A DNA stretch of 64,000 nucleotides from the human T2T-CHM13v2.0 reference genome, Homo sapiens. The notes under the pieces are model-generated. The model was not told the origin of the DNA. It saw only the letters and a program-made list of their open reading frames with translations, and ran no database searches. The stretch lies in NCBI RefSeq assembly GCF_009914755.1, contig NC_060927.1. One strand, given 5' to 3'. Position numbers and translations under genes: made by a program. This document shows, in pieces, positions 1 through 13,623 of this stretch. The first letter of the stretch is position 1. Each line of letters begins with the position of its first letter.

Positions 1-1796
1 TTTCTTCTATTTGATGAAAGAAAGTGCTCAGAATTGGTCTTATTTCTTCTTTTAATATTTGGTAAAAATCATCGCTGCAAGTGTCTGGGCCTGGAGATTT
101 CTTTGTCAGGTTTTTATAAGACTATTAAAGATTATCTGTTTCATGTTTGCTTTGATAATTTGTAGATTTTGAGCAATTAGTCTATTTCATCTAAATGGTC
201 AAATTTGTGTGCATAGAGTTGCTCATAGTATTCCCTTATTATTTATCCTCTGCAAGTTACATCCTGTGTTTCACTCTTGATATTGGTAATTTGTGCCTTC
301 TCTCTCTTTTCTCTTTGTCAGTATTGCTAGAGGCAACTTTATTTATTCAATTTTATATCCATGTATAAAAATATAGTGTATATATAGAATATAGATACAG
401 ATATGTATAACAATAAACTGTACACTATAGTATATACTCTATTGTTAGCAATATAGAGTATCATCTATTGTTTTTACTTTTTCAACTTCTGCTATTATCT
501 TTATTATTTTTCTTTCCTACTTGCTTTGTCTTATTTTTGCTCTTTTGTTCTAGTTTGTTCAGGTGGAAACTTATTGATTTGAGGTTTTTCTTCTTTTCTT
601 TTTTTTTTATTTTTAAATTTGAGACAGGGTCTTACTCTGTCTGTCACCGAGGCTGGAGTGTAGTGACATGATCTTAGCTCACTACAGCCTCAACCTCCTG
701 GGCTCAAGCAATCCTCCCACCTCAGCCTCCTGAGTAGCTGAGACTACAGGCAACACTGCCATGCCTGGTTAATTATTTTTTAATTTTTGTAGAGAGAGGG
801 TTTTGCCATGTTCCTGAGGCTTTTCTCGAACTCCTGGGCTCAAGCCATGCTCCTTCCTCAGCCTCCCAAAGTGCTGGGATTACAGGTGTGAGCCACCACA
901 CCTGGCCTTCTGTTTCTACTATAGGCATTTATTTGTTGCTGTAAATTTTGCTGTAAGCACTAATTTAATTGTATCCCACAGATTTTGATATGTTGCATTT
1001 TCATCACTTTTAGTTCAATACATTTTTTTTATTTCCCTTGAAACTTTCTCATTAAACTTTAGATTATTTAAAAATGTGTTGCTTAGTTTCCAAATGTTTG
1101 GTGATTTTCCTGTTATCTCTTTGTTATTCACTTCTAGTATGATTTCATTAAGGTCATAAAACATATTTTATAAGATTTAAATTATTTTAAGTTTGTTATA
1201 GTTTGTTTTATGACCCAGTATGTACTCTATCTTGATGATTTTTCATGTGCCTTTGAAGAGAAGTATATTCTGCTACGGTTGTGGAATATACCATATATTC
1301 CACATGGATGGGTTGTGACTATGCTAATTAAATCTTGCTAATTATGGAATTGTTTATTTCATCGCTATCCTTACTAATTTTCAGTCTAGTCAGTTATAAA
1401 TTACTGGGAGAGGGGTGTTAAAGTCCTCTAACTATAATTGTGTATTTCTCAATTTCTCTATTCATTCCTGTCAGCTTTTACATCAAGTATTTTGAAGTTT
1501 TGCTGTTTGATGTACACACATTGAAGATTGTTACATCTTATTGGTAAAGTGACCATTTTATCATTATATAATGATCATCGTTTTCCTAGTAATTTTCTTT
1601 ATTATGATGTTTCCTAGGTGTTACATTAATATATCCATTCCAGCTTTATTTTAATTAGTATTTACATGTTATATCTTTTCCACCATTTTTCTTTTATTCT
1701 ACCTATATCATTGTAAGTGAATTTCTTACAGACAATATATAGGTGGATGATGCTTTTATTCATTCTGATCATCTTTGTCTTTCAATTGCTATCTTT
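1..1796 (-). mobile_element. Ancient L1M (L1MC/L1ME-type) ORF2 fragment, interrupted by an Alu
   Basis: T-rich, degenerate antisense L1 ORF2 phrases (tgcatagagttgctcatagtattcc, tgtatcccacagattttgatatgttg, tttatgacccagtatg). Boundaries approximate. Confidence 0.7.
597..907 (-). mobile_element. AluJ SINE
   Basis: Poly-T then gagacagggtcttactctgt...ctcctgggctcaagcaatcctccc...gagccaccacacctggcc; the gggctcaagc motif in both arms is AluJ-like. Confidence 0.9.
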
Positions 1797-1935
1797 AGAC
1801 TAAAGGTTGGACTTTTTTGTAAATGACTTCATAGTAAATATTTTCGGCTTTTCATGCCATATATAGTCTTTGTTTTATAGTCTTTGTTTTATAGTCTTTG
1901 TTTTGTTTAAACAACCCTGTACATGTAAAAACCAA
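1797..1935 (+). mobile_element. MER58B-like hAT DNA transposon fragment
   Basis: tttttgtaaatg...atagtaaatattttcggcttt...aacaaccctgtacatgtaaaaacca resembles the MER58B 5' part. Confidence 0.6.
1863..1904 (+). repeat. Perfect 14-bp tandem triplication (atagtctttgtttt)x3
   Basis: Read directly: units start at 1863, 1877 and 1891. Confidence 0.95.
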
Positions 1936-2215
1936 AAAATGAGCAAACTAAGAATATAGGGAACTTCCTGAACTTCATAAGGAGCATCCATTAAAAACCT
2001 GTGGCTAACATGATTCTTACTGGTGAAAACCTTTCTCTTTAACTTCAAGATCAAAGCAAGGATGTTCATTCTCAACACTTTTATTCAATGTAGTAATGGA
2101 AGTTGTTGCCATTGGAATTTTAAAAACACACGTATTGGAAAGGAAGAAATAAAACTGTCCCTATTTGCAGATGATCTACATGTCTATGTAAAATTTCATG
2201 GAATCTCCAATGAAA
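1936..2215 (+). mobile_element. Old L1 ORF2 reverse transcriptase fragment
   Basis: ORF 2023-2274 contains IGKEEIKLSLFADD, the L1 RT catalytic motif. Confidence 0.8.
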
Positions 2216-3604
2216 CAAATTATAGCAAGGACTCATATCTGAACGACTTCACATATTTGAGTTTTTCACGGTGAATTAAAGGAATTTCAAACACTTTCCT
2301 CTAATAATAATATCTACAATAGTAGTTTCCAACTCTCTTTACTATTTTTTCTGTATTTGCCTAATCCAAGAGCCCTTCCTCCTATCTCTTTCCTACTATG
2401 ATTCGTATGACTGGGATAAGTGAACTTGTGTCATTAATCCAATAATAGATACCAAATATTCTTAGTCACCCATTCAGATATACCTTTCTAATTCCTACAT
2501 ATTAAAATATAATAAAAAAATGACAATTATGTATTTCCTTAAGATTTTTATGCCTCATTTTTTATGACTAAACCATTCATTTATTTTTGGATTATCTAGG
2601 TTTTTCAATACTGCTTTCATAAATCGATTGTACAATTTATAGCTTCTTGTAGTAAAGTTTCTTTTATTACAGTACATGTTCAATTTTTTCTTCTTCTACT
2701 TTCATATTATATTCTAGGGGTACATTTGCAAGTGTGTTACATGGGTAAATTGCATGTCACTGAGGCTTGGTGTATGAATAACCCTATCAACCAGGTAGTG
2801 AGTATAGTACCCAAGAGGTAGCCTTCCAACCCACACTACCCTGCACCCTTACCACTCAAGTATTGCCCAGTGTCTTTTTTCCCCATATTTATGTCCATGT
2901 GTATTCAATATTTAGCTTCTGCTCATAAGTGACAACAGGTGGTATTTGGCTTTCTGTTCCTGCATTAGTTTGCTTAGGATAATGGCCTCTAGCTGCATCT
3001 ATGTTGCTGCAAAGGCTATGATTTCATTACTTTAATGACTACATAGTATTCCGTGGTATATATAGTCCACATTTTCTTTATCCAATCAACTGTTGATGAA
3101 CATCTTGGTTGATTCCATGTCTTTGCTATTGTACATAGTACTGCAATGAACATGCGAGTACATGTGTCTTTTTGGTAGAACAATTTTTTTTTCCTTGGAT
3201 ATATAACCAGTACTGGGATTGCTGGGTCAAATGGTAGTTCTATCTTATGTTATTTAAGAAATCTCCACACAGGTTTTCAAAATAGCTGAACTAATTTACA
3301 TTCCCACCGGCAGTGTATAATTGTTCCCTTGCCTCCACAACCTCATCAGTATGTTGTTTTTTGACTTTTTAATAATAGTGATTCTGACTGTTATGAGATG
3401 GTATCTCATTGTGGTTTTAATTTGTATTTCTCAAAGAGTAGTGGTGATGAGCATATTTTTTCATATGTTTGTTGGCAGCATGTTCATTTTCTTTTGAAAA
3501 GTGTCTGTTCATGTGCTTTGCCCACTTTTTAAGGGAGTTATTTGTTTTTGGTTTGTTGAATTGTTCAAGTTTCTTATAGATTCTGGATATTGGACCTTTA
3601 TTGG

Positions 3605-3953
3605 TGATATGGTTTGGCTGTGTCCCCACCCAAATCTCATCTTGAATTGTAGTTTCCATAATCCCCATATGTCATAGGAGGGACCCGGTGGGAGGTAATT
3701 GAATCATGGGGGCAGTTACCCCCATGCTGCTGTTCTCATGATAGTGAGTTCTCACGAGATCTGATTGTTTTATAAGGGGCTTTCCCCCCTTTGCTCAGCA
3801 TAAGAAAGACGTGTTTACTTCCCCATCTGTCATGATTGTAAGTTTCTGAGGTCTCCCCAGCCCTGCAAAACTGTGAGTCAATTAAACCTCCTGACTTTAT
3901 AAATTACCCAGTCTCAGGTATGTCCTTATAGCCGTGTGAGTATGGACAATACA
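3605..3953 (+). mobile_element. THE1C/D solo LTR (ERVL-MaLR)
   Basis: Begins tgatatggtttggctgtgtccccacccaaatctc, ends ...aataca; 5-bp TSD attgg (3600-3604) / gttgg (3954-3958). Confidence 0.93.
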
Positions 3954-4167
3954 GTTGGATACAGTTTCCGAATGTTTTCTCCCATTTTGTAGGCTGTCTG
4001 ATTACTCTGGTGATAGTTCCATTTACTGTGTAGAAGCACTTTAGTTTAATTAAGTCCTACTTTTCAATTTTTGTTTCTTTTGCAATTACTTTTGGAGACT
4101 TAATCATAAATTATTTACCAAGGCTGATATACAGAATGGTACTTCCTAGGTTTTCTTCAAGGGTTTT

Positions 4168-7100
4168 ATTTTTTATTTTTGTGGGCCCAAAGTAGGTGTA
4201 TATATTTATGGGATATATGAGATATCTTGATACAGGCATACAATGTGTAATAATCACATTAGGATAAATGGGATGTACATCACCTCAAGTATTTGTCTTT
4301 TGTGTTACAAACAATCTAATTATACTCTTTTGGTTATTTTTAAATGTGCAATTAAATGATTATTGACTATAGTCATCCTGTTGTGCTATTGAATACTAGT
4401 TCTTATTCATTCTTTCTATTTTTTATACCCATTAAACATCCCCATTTCCATCACCCCAATCAACTACCTTTTCTAGCTTCTGGTAATCATCATTCTACTC
4501 TCTTTCTCTATGAGTTCAATTGTTTTAATTTTTTCCTCCCACAGATAAACGAGAATATGTGAAGATGAGTTTGCTGTATATGTATGGACTTGTTTCTAGG
4601 TTCTCTATTCTGTCCCATTGGTCTGTCCCTATGTGTCTGTTTTTATTCCAGTTCCATGCTATTTTGGTTACTGTAGCTCTGTAGTATAATTTGAAGACAG
4701 GTAATGTGATTCTTCCAGTTTTGTTCTTTTTGATCATGATAGCTTTGGCTATTCTGGGTCTTTTGTGGTTCCATATAGATTTTAGGATTTTTTTTTCTAT
4801 TTCTGTGAAGAATGTCATTGGTATTTTCATAGGGACTGCATTTGATCTTTGGATTGTTTGGGGTCCTACTGACATTTTAACAATATTGGTTCTTCCAATT
4901 CATGAACATGGAATATTTTTCCATTGTTTTGTGTTTCTTTCAATTTCTTTCACCAATCTGTTACAGTTTTTATTGTAGAAATCTTTCACTTATTTGGTTA
5001 AGTTAATTTCTAGGTACTTGATTTTATTTGTAGGTATTGTAAGTAGGATTACTTTATATATGGTAATACTGGTTTTGTACAATGAGTTTGGAAATAGTTC
5101 CTCTTCCTCTATTTTTTGGAATAGTTTGAGTAGGATTAGTATTAGCTCTTCTTTAAATGTTTGGTAGAATTCAGCAGTGAAGACATCAGTTCCCAGGCTT
5201 TTCTTTGCTAAAAAGTCTTTTTATTATGGCTTCAATCTCATTACTTGTTACTGGTCTATTCAGGTTTTGAATTTCTTCATGACTTAATCTTGCTAGGTTG
5301 TATGTGTCTAGGAGTTTATCCATTTCTTGTATATTTTTCAATTTATTGGCATACAGTTGCTCATAGTTGCCACTAATTATCCTTTGAATTTCTGCAGTAT
5401 CCATTGTAATGTCTCTTTTTTCATCTGATTTTATTTGAGTCTTCTCTTTTTTCTTAGTCTGGCTAAAGGTTTGTCAGTTTTATTTATCTTTTCAAAAAAA
5501 CAACTTTTGTTTTGTTGATCTTTTGAATTGTTTTCTCCATTTCATGTATTTCTGCTCTCATCTTTATTTTCTCTACTAATCTTGTGTTTGGTTTGTTCTT
5601 GTTTTTCTCTTTAAGGTGCATTGTTAGGTTGTTTGTGTGAAGTTTTTCTTCTATTTTGATGTAGGCATTTAGAGTTATATACTTCTCTCTTAGTACTGCT
5701 TTCATTGTATCCCATAGGCTTTGGTATGTTGTGTTTCCATTAATATTGGTTTCATGCATTTTCTCAAATTCCTGCTTAACTTTTTCATTGACCCACTGGT
5801 CATTCAGGAGCATGCATATTGTTGAATATTCATGTTTTTGCATAATTTCCAAAATTCCTCGTTATTGAATTCTAGTTTTATTCCATTGTGGTTAGAGAAG
5901 ATGCTTGATATTGTTTCAATCCTTTTGAATGTTTTAAGATTTGTTTTGTGACCTAACATATAATCTATCTTTGAGAATTATCCACTTGCTGAGGAAAAAA
6001 AATGTGTATTCTGCAGTTGTTGGATGAAATGTTCTGTAAATATCTATTAGGTCCATTTGGTCTATAGTGCAGATTAAGTCCAGAGTTTCTTTGTTGATTT
6101 TCTGTCTGGAAGATCTGTCCAATTCTGAAAGCAGGCGTTGAAGTCTCCAGCTATTATTGCATTGGGGCCTATTTCTCTCTTGAGCTCTAATAATATATGC
6201 TTTATATATCTGGGTGCTCCACTGTTGGGTGCATATGTATTTTCAGTTGTTTTATCCTCTTGCTGAATTGACCTTTTTATCATTATATAGTAATCTTTTT
6301 TGTCTCTTCTTATAGGTTTTGTCTTGCAGTCTATTTTGTCTGAAATAAGTAAAGCAATTTCTGTTCTTTTTTGATTTCCATTGTCATGGAATATCTTTTT
6401 CCATCCCTTTATTTTCACTCTATGTGTGTCATTGTAAGTGAAGTATGTTTCTTGTAGGCTACAGGACATTGGGTCTTATTTTTTATCCATTAAGCCACTC
6501 AACATCTTTTTATTGGAGAGTTTGGTCTATTTACATTCAATGTTATTATTGATAAGTGCGGACTTACTTCTGCCATTTCGTTACTTGTTTTCTGGCTGTT
6601 TTGTGGTGTTCTCTTCCTTTTTTCCTTCCTTCCTGTCTTCCTTTTAGTGAAGGCAATTTTCTCTGGTGATATAATTTAATTTCTTGCTTTCAACTTTTTA
6701 TATATCTGCTGTATGTTTTTAAATTTGAGGTTATCATAAGGCTTGCATATACTATTTTATAACTCATTTCTTAAGCTGAACAACTTAACATTGTTGCAAA
6801 AAGAATCAAGCAAAAAAAAAAGTAATAAAAACTCTATGCTTTAACTTTGTCCCCATGCTTTTTAACTTTTTCTCGTTTCTATATTTATATCTTATTGTAC
6901 TATCTATGTCTTGAAAAGTTGTTGGGTTTATCATTTTTATTGGTTCATTTAGTCCTTCTACTTAAGAGTAGTTTGTGCACCACAGTTACAGTGTTATAAT
7001 ATTCTGTGTTGTTCTGTGTTCTTACTATTACCAGTGAGTTTTGCACCTTCAGATGATTTCTTATTGCTCATTAACATTCTTTTATTTCTGATTGAAGTAC

Positions 7101-9943
7101 TTTTTCCAGAATTTCCTGTAAGACAGGTCTGGTATTGATGAAATCCCTCAGCTTCTGTTTGTCTGAGAGAGTTGTTATTTCTCCTTCATGTTTAAAGGAT
7201 ATTTTGACTGGATATACTATTCTAGGATAAAAGATTTTCTTTCCTTCAGCATTTTAAAATTGTCATACCATAGTTAAAGTGATCAAGGGGGAAAAAAAGC
7301 ATTTTACCTGTAAGGTTTCCACTAAAAAGTCTGCTGCCAGATGTACTGGAGCTCCATTGTACATTATTTGTTTTTTTTATCTTGCTGCTTTCAGTATCCT
7401 TGACCTCTGGGAGTTTGATTATTAAATGCCTTGAGGTAGTCTTCTTTGGGTTAAATCTTCTTGGTGTTCTATAACCTTCTTGTACTTGAATATTGACATA
7501 TTTAAGTCAATGTTACTGACTTCTCTAGGTTTGGGAAGTTCTGTGTTATTATCTCCTTGAATAAACTTTCTACCCCAAACTCTTTCTCTACCTCCTCTTT
7601 AAGACCAATAACTCTTACATTTGCTCTTTCGAGGCTAATTTCTAGATCCCATCAGCATGCTTTATTCTTTAATTCTTTTTTTGTCTCCTCAGACTGTGTA
7701 TTTACAGATAGCCTGTTTTCAAGCTTAGTAATTTTTAATTCTGCTTGATCAATTCTGTTATTTAAAATCTCTGATGTCTTCTTCAGTATGTCAATTGCAT
7801 TTTTCAATTCCAAGATTTCTGCTTGATTCTTTTTAATTATTTCAATATATTTGTTGAGTTTCTCTGAGAAAATTCTATATTCCTTCTCTATGTTATCTTG
7901 AATTTCTTTGAGTGTCCTCAACATAGCTATTTTGAATTATGTCTGAAAGGTCACATATCTCCGTTGCTCCAGAATTGGGATCTGGTGACTTATTTAGGTT
8001 GTTTGGTGAGGTCATGTTTTCCTGGATAGTCTTGATGCTTGTGGATGTTTGTCAGTGTCTGGGCATTAAAAAGTTAGATATTTATTGCAGTCTTCATATT
8101 CTGGATTTGTTTGTACCCATCCTTCTTGGGAGGGCTTTCAGGGTATTTGAAGGGACTCAAGTGTTGCAATATAAGCCATATCTGCATTAGGCAGCACCCC
8201 CAGCCCAGTAATGCTGTAGTTCCTAAAGACTCATAGAGGTACCTACCACCTTGGTGGTCATGGATAAGATCTAGGAGAATTTTCTGGATTATCAGACAGA
8301 GAGTCTTGTTCTCTTCTCTTACCTTCTCCCAAACAAACAAAGTCTTTTTCTTGGTGCTGAGCTGCCTGGAGCTGGGGAAGGGGTGACACAAGCACTTGTG
8401 TGGCAACCACCACAGGAACCGTGCTTGCACAGACCTACAGCCAGCACAGAACTGGGTCTTGCCCAAGGCCTGCTATAACCACTATCTGGCTACTGCTTAT
8501 GTTCACTCAAGGCCCTAGGGCTCTACAATCAGCAGGTGGCAATACCAGCAAGTTTTATGTTCTTCCCTTCAAGGCAGTGAGTTCTCAGACAGGTCCAGAG
8601 ATGTTGTCCATGAGCCAAGGCCTAAAGCTGGAAACATTAGAAATCTATCTGATATTCTAGGGTACTGCAATTAAGCTGGCACTGAAACCACAAGACAAAG
8701 TCCTTCCCACTCTTATCTCCTCTTTCTCCAGACAGCGGAGTCTCTCCTCATGTCCACTACTACCACAGGCCCATGGGAAGTATTGCCAGGGTATCACCAG
8801 TGTTCACTTACATCCCAAAGGCTCTTTAGTCAGCTTGTGGTGGATTTTGCAGGCCTGGGACTCACCCTTCAGGGTAGTAGTCTCCCCTCTGGCCCAGGGT
8901 AGGACCACAAGTGCCATCCAAGAGCCAAGTCCTAAAACTGGGGACCCAAAGAGCCTTAGTGTTCTTCTCCACTGTGGTCAAGCTGGTACCTACATTGCAG
9001 AACAACAAAGTCCCCTTTACTCTTCCCTCTGCTTTTTTCAAGCAGAAAGAGTCTCTTCTCATAGCCATCACAGCTATGGATATGCTAGGTCACACCTGAA
9101 ACCAGCACATCTCAGAGTCTCACCCAAGGCCCACAGTGTGTACTACTGGGCCTGGAATGGGGGCCTCACGACTCTGCCTGGTGCCCTATCCTACTGTGGC
9201 TAAACTGGTATTCAAGTTGGAAAACAAAGTCCTCTTTACTCCTTTTTCTTCTTTCCTCAAGCAGATAGAAGAGGCCTCTTTAGGAGTTACAAGCTGCACA
9301 GCCTGGGGTTGGGGGAGGGATGACACAAGGACTCCTTTAGTTACCCCAGCTGGTGTTTCACTAGGTCACGTGCCCCCAAAGGCTACTGGCTCCAAGCCCA
9401 TTATAGCACTTGGACTTGCCTTGGAGTTGCAGTCCTTGTGGCCTAGACTGCCACTGAAGTTTATTGAGGACCCCAGAGCCCTTTACCCCATAGTGGTTAG
9501 GCTTGCTGAAACTCAAGTTCCAACCACTGGCATGGGTAATTCCCCTCTATCTAGGGCTCATCTAAATGCTCCCTCTGTGGGCATGGGCTGAGTTCTGCCT
9601 GGTGTTGTTTTCTGCTGTAACAGGGCAGCACTGAGTTCCAATGCAAAGTCTCACAAATACTGTGCTCTACTTCCCCAAACACACAGATTCTCTTTCTGTG
9701 CCACATGGCCACTGCCAGGAGATGAGGGAGGGGTTTTGTTGGTAATTCAAGATTGTCTTTCCTATCCTCTTCAATGCTTCTTTTAGCAATATGAAGTTAA
9801 AACCAGGTACTGTGATTGTTTACCTGATTTTTGGTTCTTATGAGGGTTTCTTTTGTGTAAATAGTTGTCGAATTCGGTGTTCCAAATTTGGGGAGGATAA
9901 TTGGTGGAAGCTTCTGTTTGGCCATGTTGCTTTGCCTCCTTCC
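4168..9943 (-). mobile_element. 5'-intact L1MA1-3-like LINE-1 with two internal deletions
   Basis: L1MA-type 3'UTR (aagtaggtgtatatatttatggg); ORF2 remnants (ORFs 4525-4875, 5186-5404, 5484-5852, 6074-6469 with GDFN); ORF1 remnant 7652-7924; 5' end reads ggaggcaaagcaacatggccaaacagaag on the minus strand; TSD cttcaagggttt / cttctagggtta. Confidence 0.85.
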
Positions 9944-12759
9944 CTTCTAGGGTTATTAATGTTTTAGGTCTTACATTTAAGTCTTTAATCCATCTTTAGT
10001 TAATTTTTGTACATGGTGAAAGATAGGGGTCCACATTCATTCTTCTGCATATGGATAGCTAGTTGTCCCAGCACCATTTATTGAATAGGGAGTCCTTTGC
10101 CCATTGTTTGTTATTGTTGACTTGGTTGAAGATCAGGTGGTTGTAGGTGTGTGGCTTTATTTCTAAGTTCTCTATTCTGTTCCACTGTTCTATGTGTCTG
10201 TTTTTGTACCAGTACCATACTGTTTTGGTTACTGTAGCATTGTAGTATAATTTGAAGTCAGGTAGCGTGATGCCTCTGACTTTGTTCTATTGGTTCAGGA
10301 TTGTTTCAGTAATTCAGGCTCCTTTTTTAGCTTCATATGAATTTTAGATTAGTTTTTTTCTAATCCTGTGAAAAACGGCATTGATAGTTTGATAGGATAG
10401 TGAATTTCTTTGAAAAGTATGACCATCTTAACAATATTGATTTTTCCAATCCATGCACAATGGGATGTTCTTCCATTTGTTTGTGTCATCTCTGATTTCT
10501 TTCAGCAGTATTTTGTAATTCTAATTAGAGATCTTTCACTTCCTTGGTGAGCTGTATATCTAGGTATTTTGTTCCTTTTGTGGCTATTGTAAATGGGATT
10601 AGGTTTTTGATTTGGCTCTCACTTGGATGTTATTTGTGCATAGAAATGCTACTAATTTTTGTACATTGATTTTGTATCCTGAAACTTTACATATCAATAT
10701 TGATATGGGAAGATTTGATTCTATCATTGTGGTGTTAGATAGTTGTTATATAGAACTTAATTGTATAGTTGCTTTATAGTGTCAATAGTAAATGTAAAGT
10801 GTGGTTTTTGTGGTGGCATGTATCTTTCTTTCCCATGTTTAATGTTTAGCACTCCCTTTAGGACCTCTTGTACGGTGTGCCTAGTGGTAGTGAATTCTCT
10901 TAGCATTTGCTTGTTTGAAAAGAATCTTATTTCTCCTTTGCTTGTGAAGCTTAGTTTGACAGGATATGAAATTCTTGGTTTGAATTTCTTTTCTTTAATG
11001 ATGTTGAAAATAGGCCCCCAGTCTCTTCTGGCTTATAAGGTTTCTGCTGAAATGTCTGCTTTTAGCCTGACGAGTTCCCTTTGTAATTGACCTGCCTCTT
11101 TTCTCTAGCTGCCTTTCAGATTTTTTTCTTTTGCATTGACCTTAGAGAATCTGATGGGTATGTCCCTTGGGGATAGTTACCTTATATAGTATCTTAAACA
11201 GGTTCTTTGAATTTCTTGAATATGCATGCTGAAAGCAAGACTGGGGAAATTTTCATGGACTGTATCCTCAAATATGTTTTCCATGTTGCTTCCTCTCTCT
11301 CTTTCCCTTTCAGGAATGCCAGTGAGTTGTAGGTTTGGTCTCTTTGCATAATCCCATGTTTCTCAGAGGTTTTATTCATTTTTCTAAATTCTGTTTTCTT
11401 TATTTTTGTCTGCCTGTGTTTCTTTGATGGAGTGGTTTTCAAGTTCTGAGATTCTTTTCTCAGCTCGATCTGTTCTATTCTTCATGCTTCCAATTGTATT
11501 TTGAAATTCCTGTAGTAAATTTTCCATTTCCAGAAGTTCAGTTTGATTCTTTCTTAAAAGGTTATGTCATCTTTCAATCCTTGGATCATTTTACTGTTTT
11601 CCTTAGATTGAGTTTGAATCTTCTCTTGTATCTCGATGAACTTCCTTGCCATAGATTCTTAATTCTATGTCTGACATTTCAGCCATTTCAATCTGGTTAA
11701 GAACCATTGCTAGGGAGCTAGTATGATCATTTGGATGTAAGAAGACACTTTTGCCAGGATTTTGGCACTGGTTCTTTCTCATCTGTGAGAACTGATTTTC
11801 CTTTATCCTTTGAATTTAAATAAAAAGTTCTTTGGATGGGGCTTTTTGTTTTATATTCGTTACTGTCCTTGAGGGTTTGACTCTGCTGAAAGTTGGGTAT
11901 AGGTGAATGGCTTCATTTCTAGATGCTTTCAGAGGGCCAAGGCTCAGCTCTGCACTCCTGGTCTGCATGCTCTAACCTTGGGTGGCTGGGACTGTGCCCA
12001 TGACTTTGTCCTCTAATTTCTCAAGGTCAAGAACCAGCTTGGCTGGAGGGGTCAAGGTGCTCCTGGACCACTGGCAACAGCACTGTGTCTAGGGCAGTGG
12101 TGGGGCAGGGGGGAATGAGTAGGAAGCGCTCTGGTGGGAGGCTGTCAGCAAAAGCACTCCAGTAGGGTGGGGTGGGGGGGCCTCCAAAGAAAGTGCTATG
12201 GCAGTGGTTACTGGCAAAAGCACCCTGGTAGGTTAGCTGAGGCTGTGCTGCATTCTGGCATGCCAGACAGGGACTCTGGGAGGGGCTGGTGGACAGTGGG
12301 GTACAGAGCTCTGACTCACCCTGGTCATACAGAAAAGACAGCCCTGCTCTGTCAGGTCCAGTGATTATACTATGCCTCATTTTAGACCTGATATAATTCT
12401 CTTTAGATTCTAGATATATAACAAATGCTAATATATCTGGGCCACATATGCTATAACTGAAAAATATTTGAGAGTTTTAAGTGAGAAGATTCTTTTCTTC
12501 TCACTTTCTTGAGTGTTCAGAAAGATTTCTATTGAACTTGCTAAAATTATATCCTTTCACAAGACTCTTAGAATAGATATTTATTTCCCCCAAATGGTCT
12601 TCTTGTGAGACTATGGTTGCTATCTAATGATAATCCATGATCTGATTATTTTCCTAGAATCTTTCAAATGAAGTTGGAAGAAAACAAGGGAATAGGAAAT
12701 AAATTTTGGCAAAATTGTAGGCACTGGTACACAGCAGAAGTTACCATAGGAAACAAAAT

Positions 12760-12859
12760 ATTTTTGCCTCATTTTATGGATGAGAAAACCAAGGCTTAGA
12801 CTGATAAAATAAATTTCCTCAAAGACACACAAACAGTAAATGACAGAGCCAGAATTTAG

Positions 12860-12862
<3 letters not shown>
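12760..12862 (-). mobile_element. MIR core fragment
   Basis: cctcattttatggatgagaaaaccaaggcttaga matches the antisense MIR core. Confidence 0.7.
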
Positions 12863-13292
<430 letters not shown>

Positions 13293-13377
13293 TGTCAGAC
13301 CAATTCACAAAAATGGAGGACACAGGCTTAGTGTTTAAAAGAGCAAGGCACAGAACAGGGCTGTCTCTTTATAAAAA

Positions 13378-13623
13378 GAGATCTAATGTATAGCATTGTG
13401 ACTATACTTAATAATACTGTATTATTACTTGAAATGTGCTGACGGAGTAGATCTTAAGTGTTCTCATTACACATGCAAAACAAGGTAACTATATGAGATG
13501 ATGGATGTGTTACTTAACTGTGGCAATAATTTCACAGGGTATATGTATATCAAAACATCATATTGTCACCTTGATTACATATAATTTTGTTTGTCAATTA
13601 TACCTCAATAAAGCTGAAAAAAA
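13378..13623 (+). mobile_element. L1MA9/10-like 3' end
   Basis: gagatctaatgtatagcattgtgactata...gtcaattatacctcaataaagctg followed by an A tail. Confidence 0.75.

Larger units (their letters stand above)
2684..12365 (-). mobile_element. L1PA15/16-like LINE-1 in pieces (2684-3604, 3954-4167, 9944-12365): 3'UTR, deleted ORF2, ORF1 and partial 5'UTR
   Basis: Antisense 3'UTR (acatgggtaaattgcatgtcactgagg); sequence resumes colinearly after each nested insertion; ORF1-like remnants at 10840-11700; GC-richer 5'UTR to about 12365. Confidence 0.8.

Noticed and set aside
360-470. AT-rich stretch with an imperfect hairpin (atactctattg...caatatagagtat)
   Set aside because: Low-complexity TA-rich sequence readily forms such palindromes; no support for a miRNA or MITE.
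8074-9591. Several 85-150-aa ORFs
   Set aside because: They lie in the GC-richer L1MA 5'UTR and show no recognisable protein similarity.
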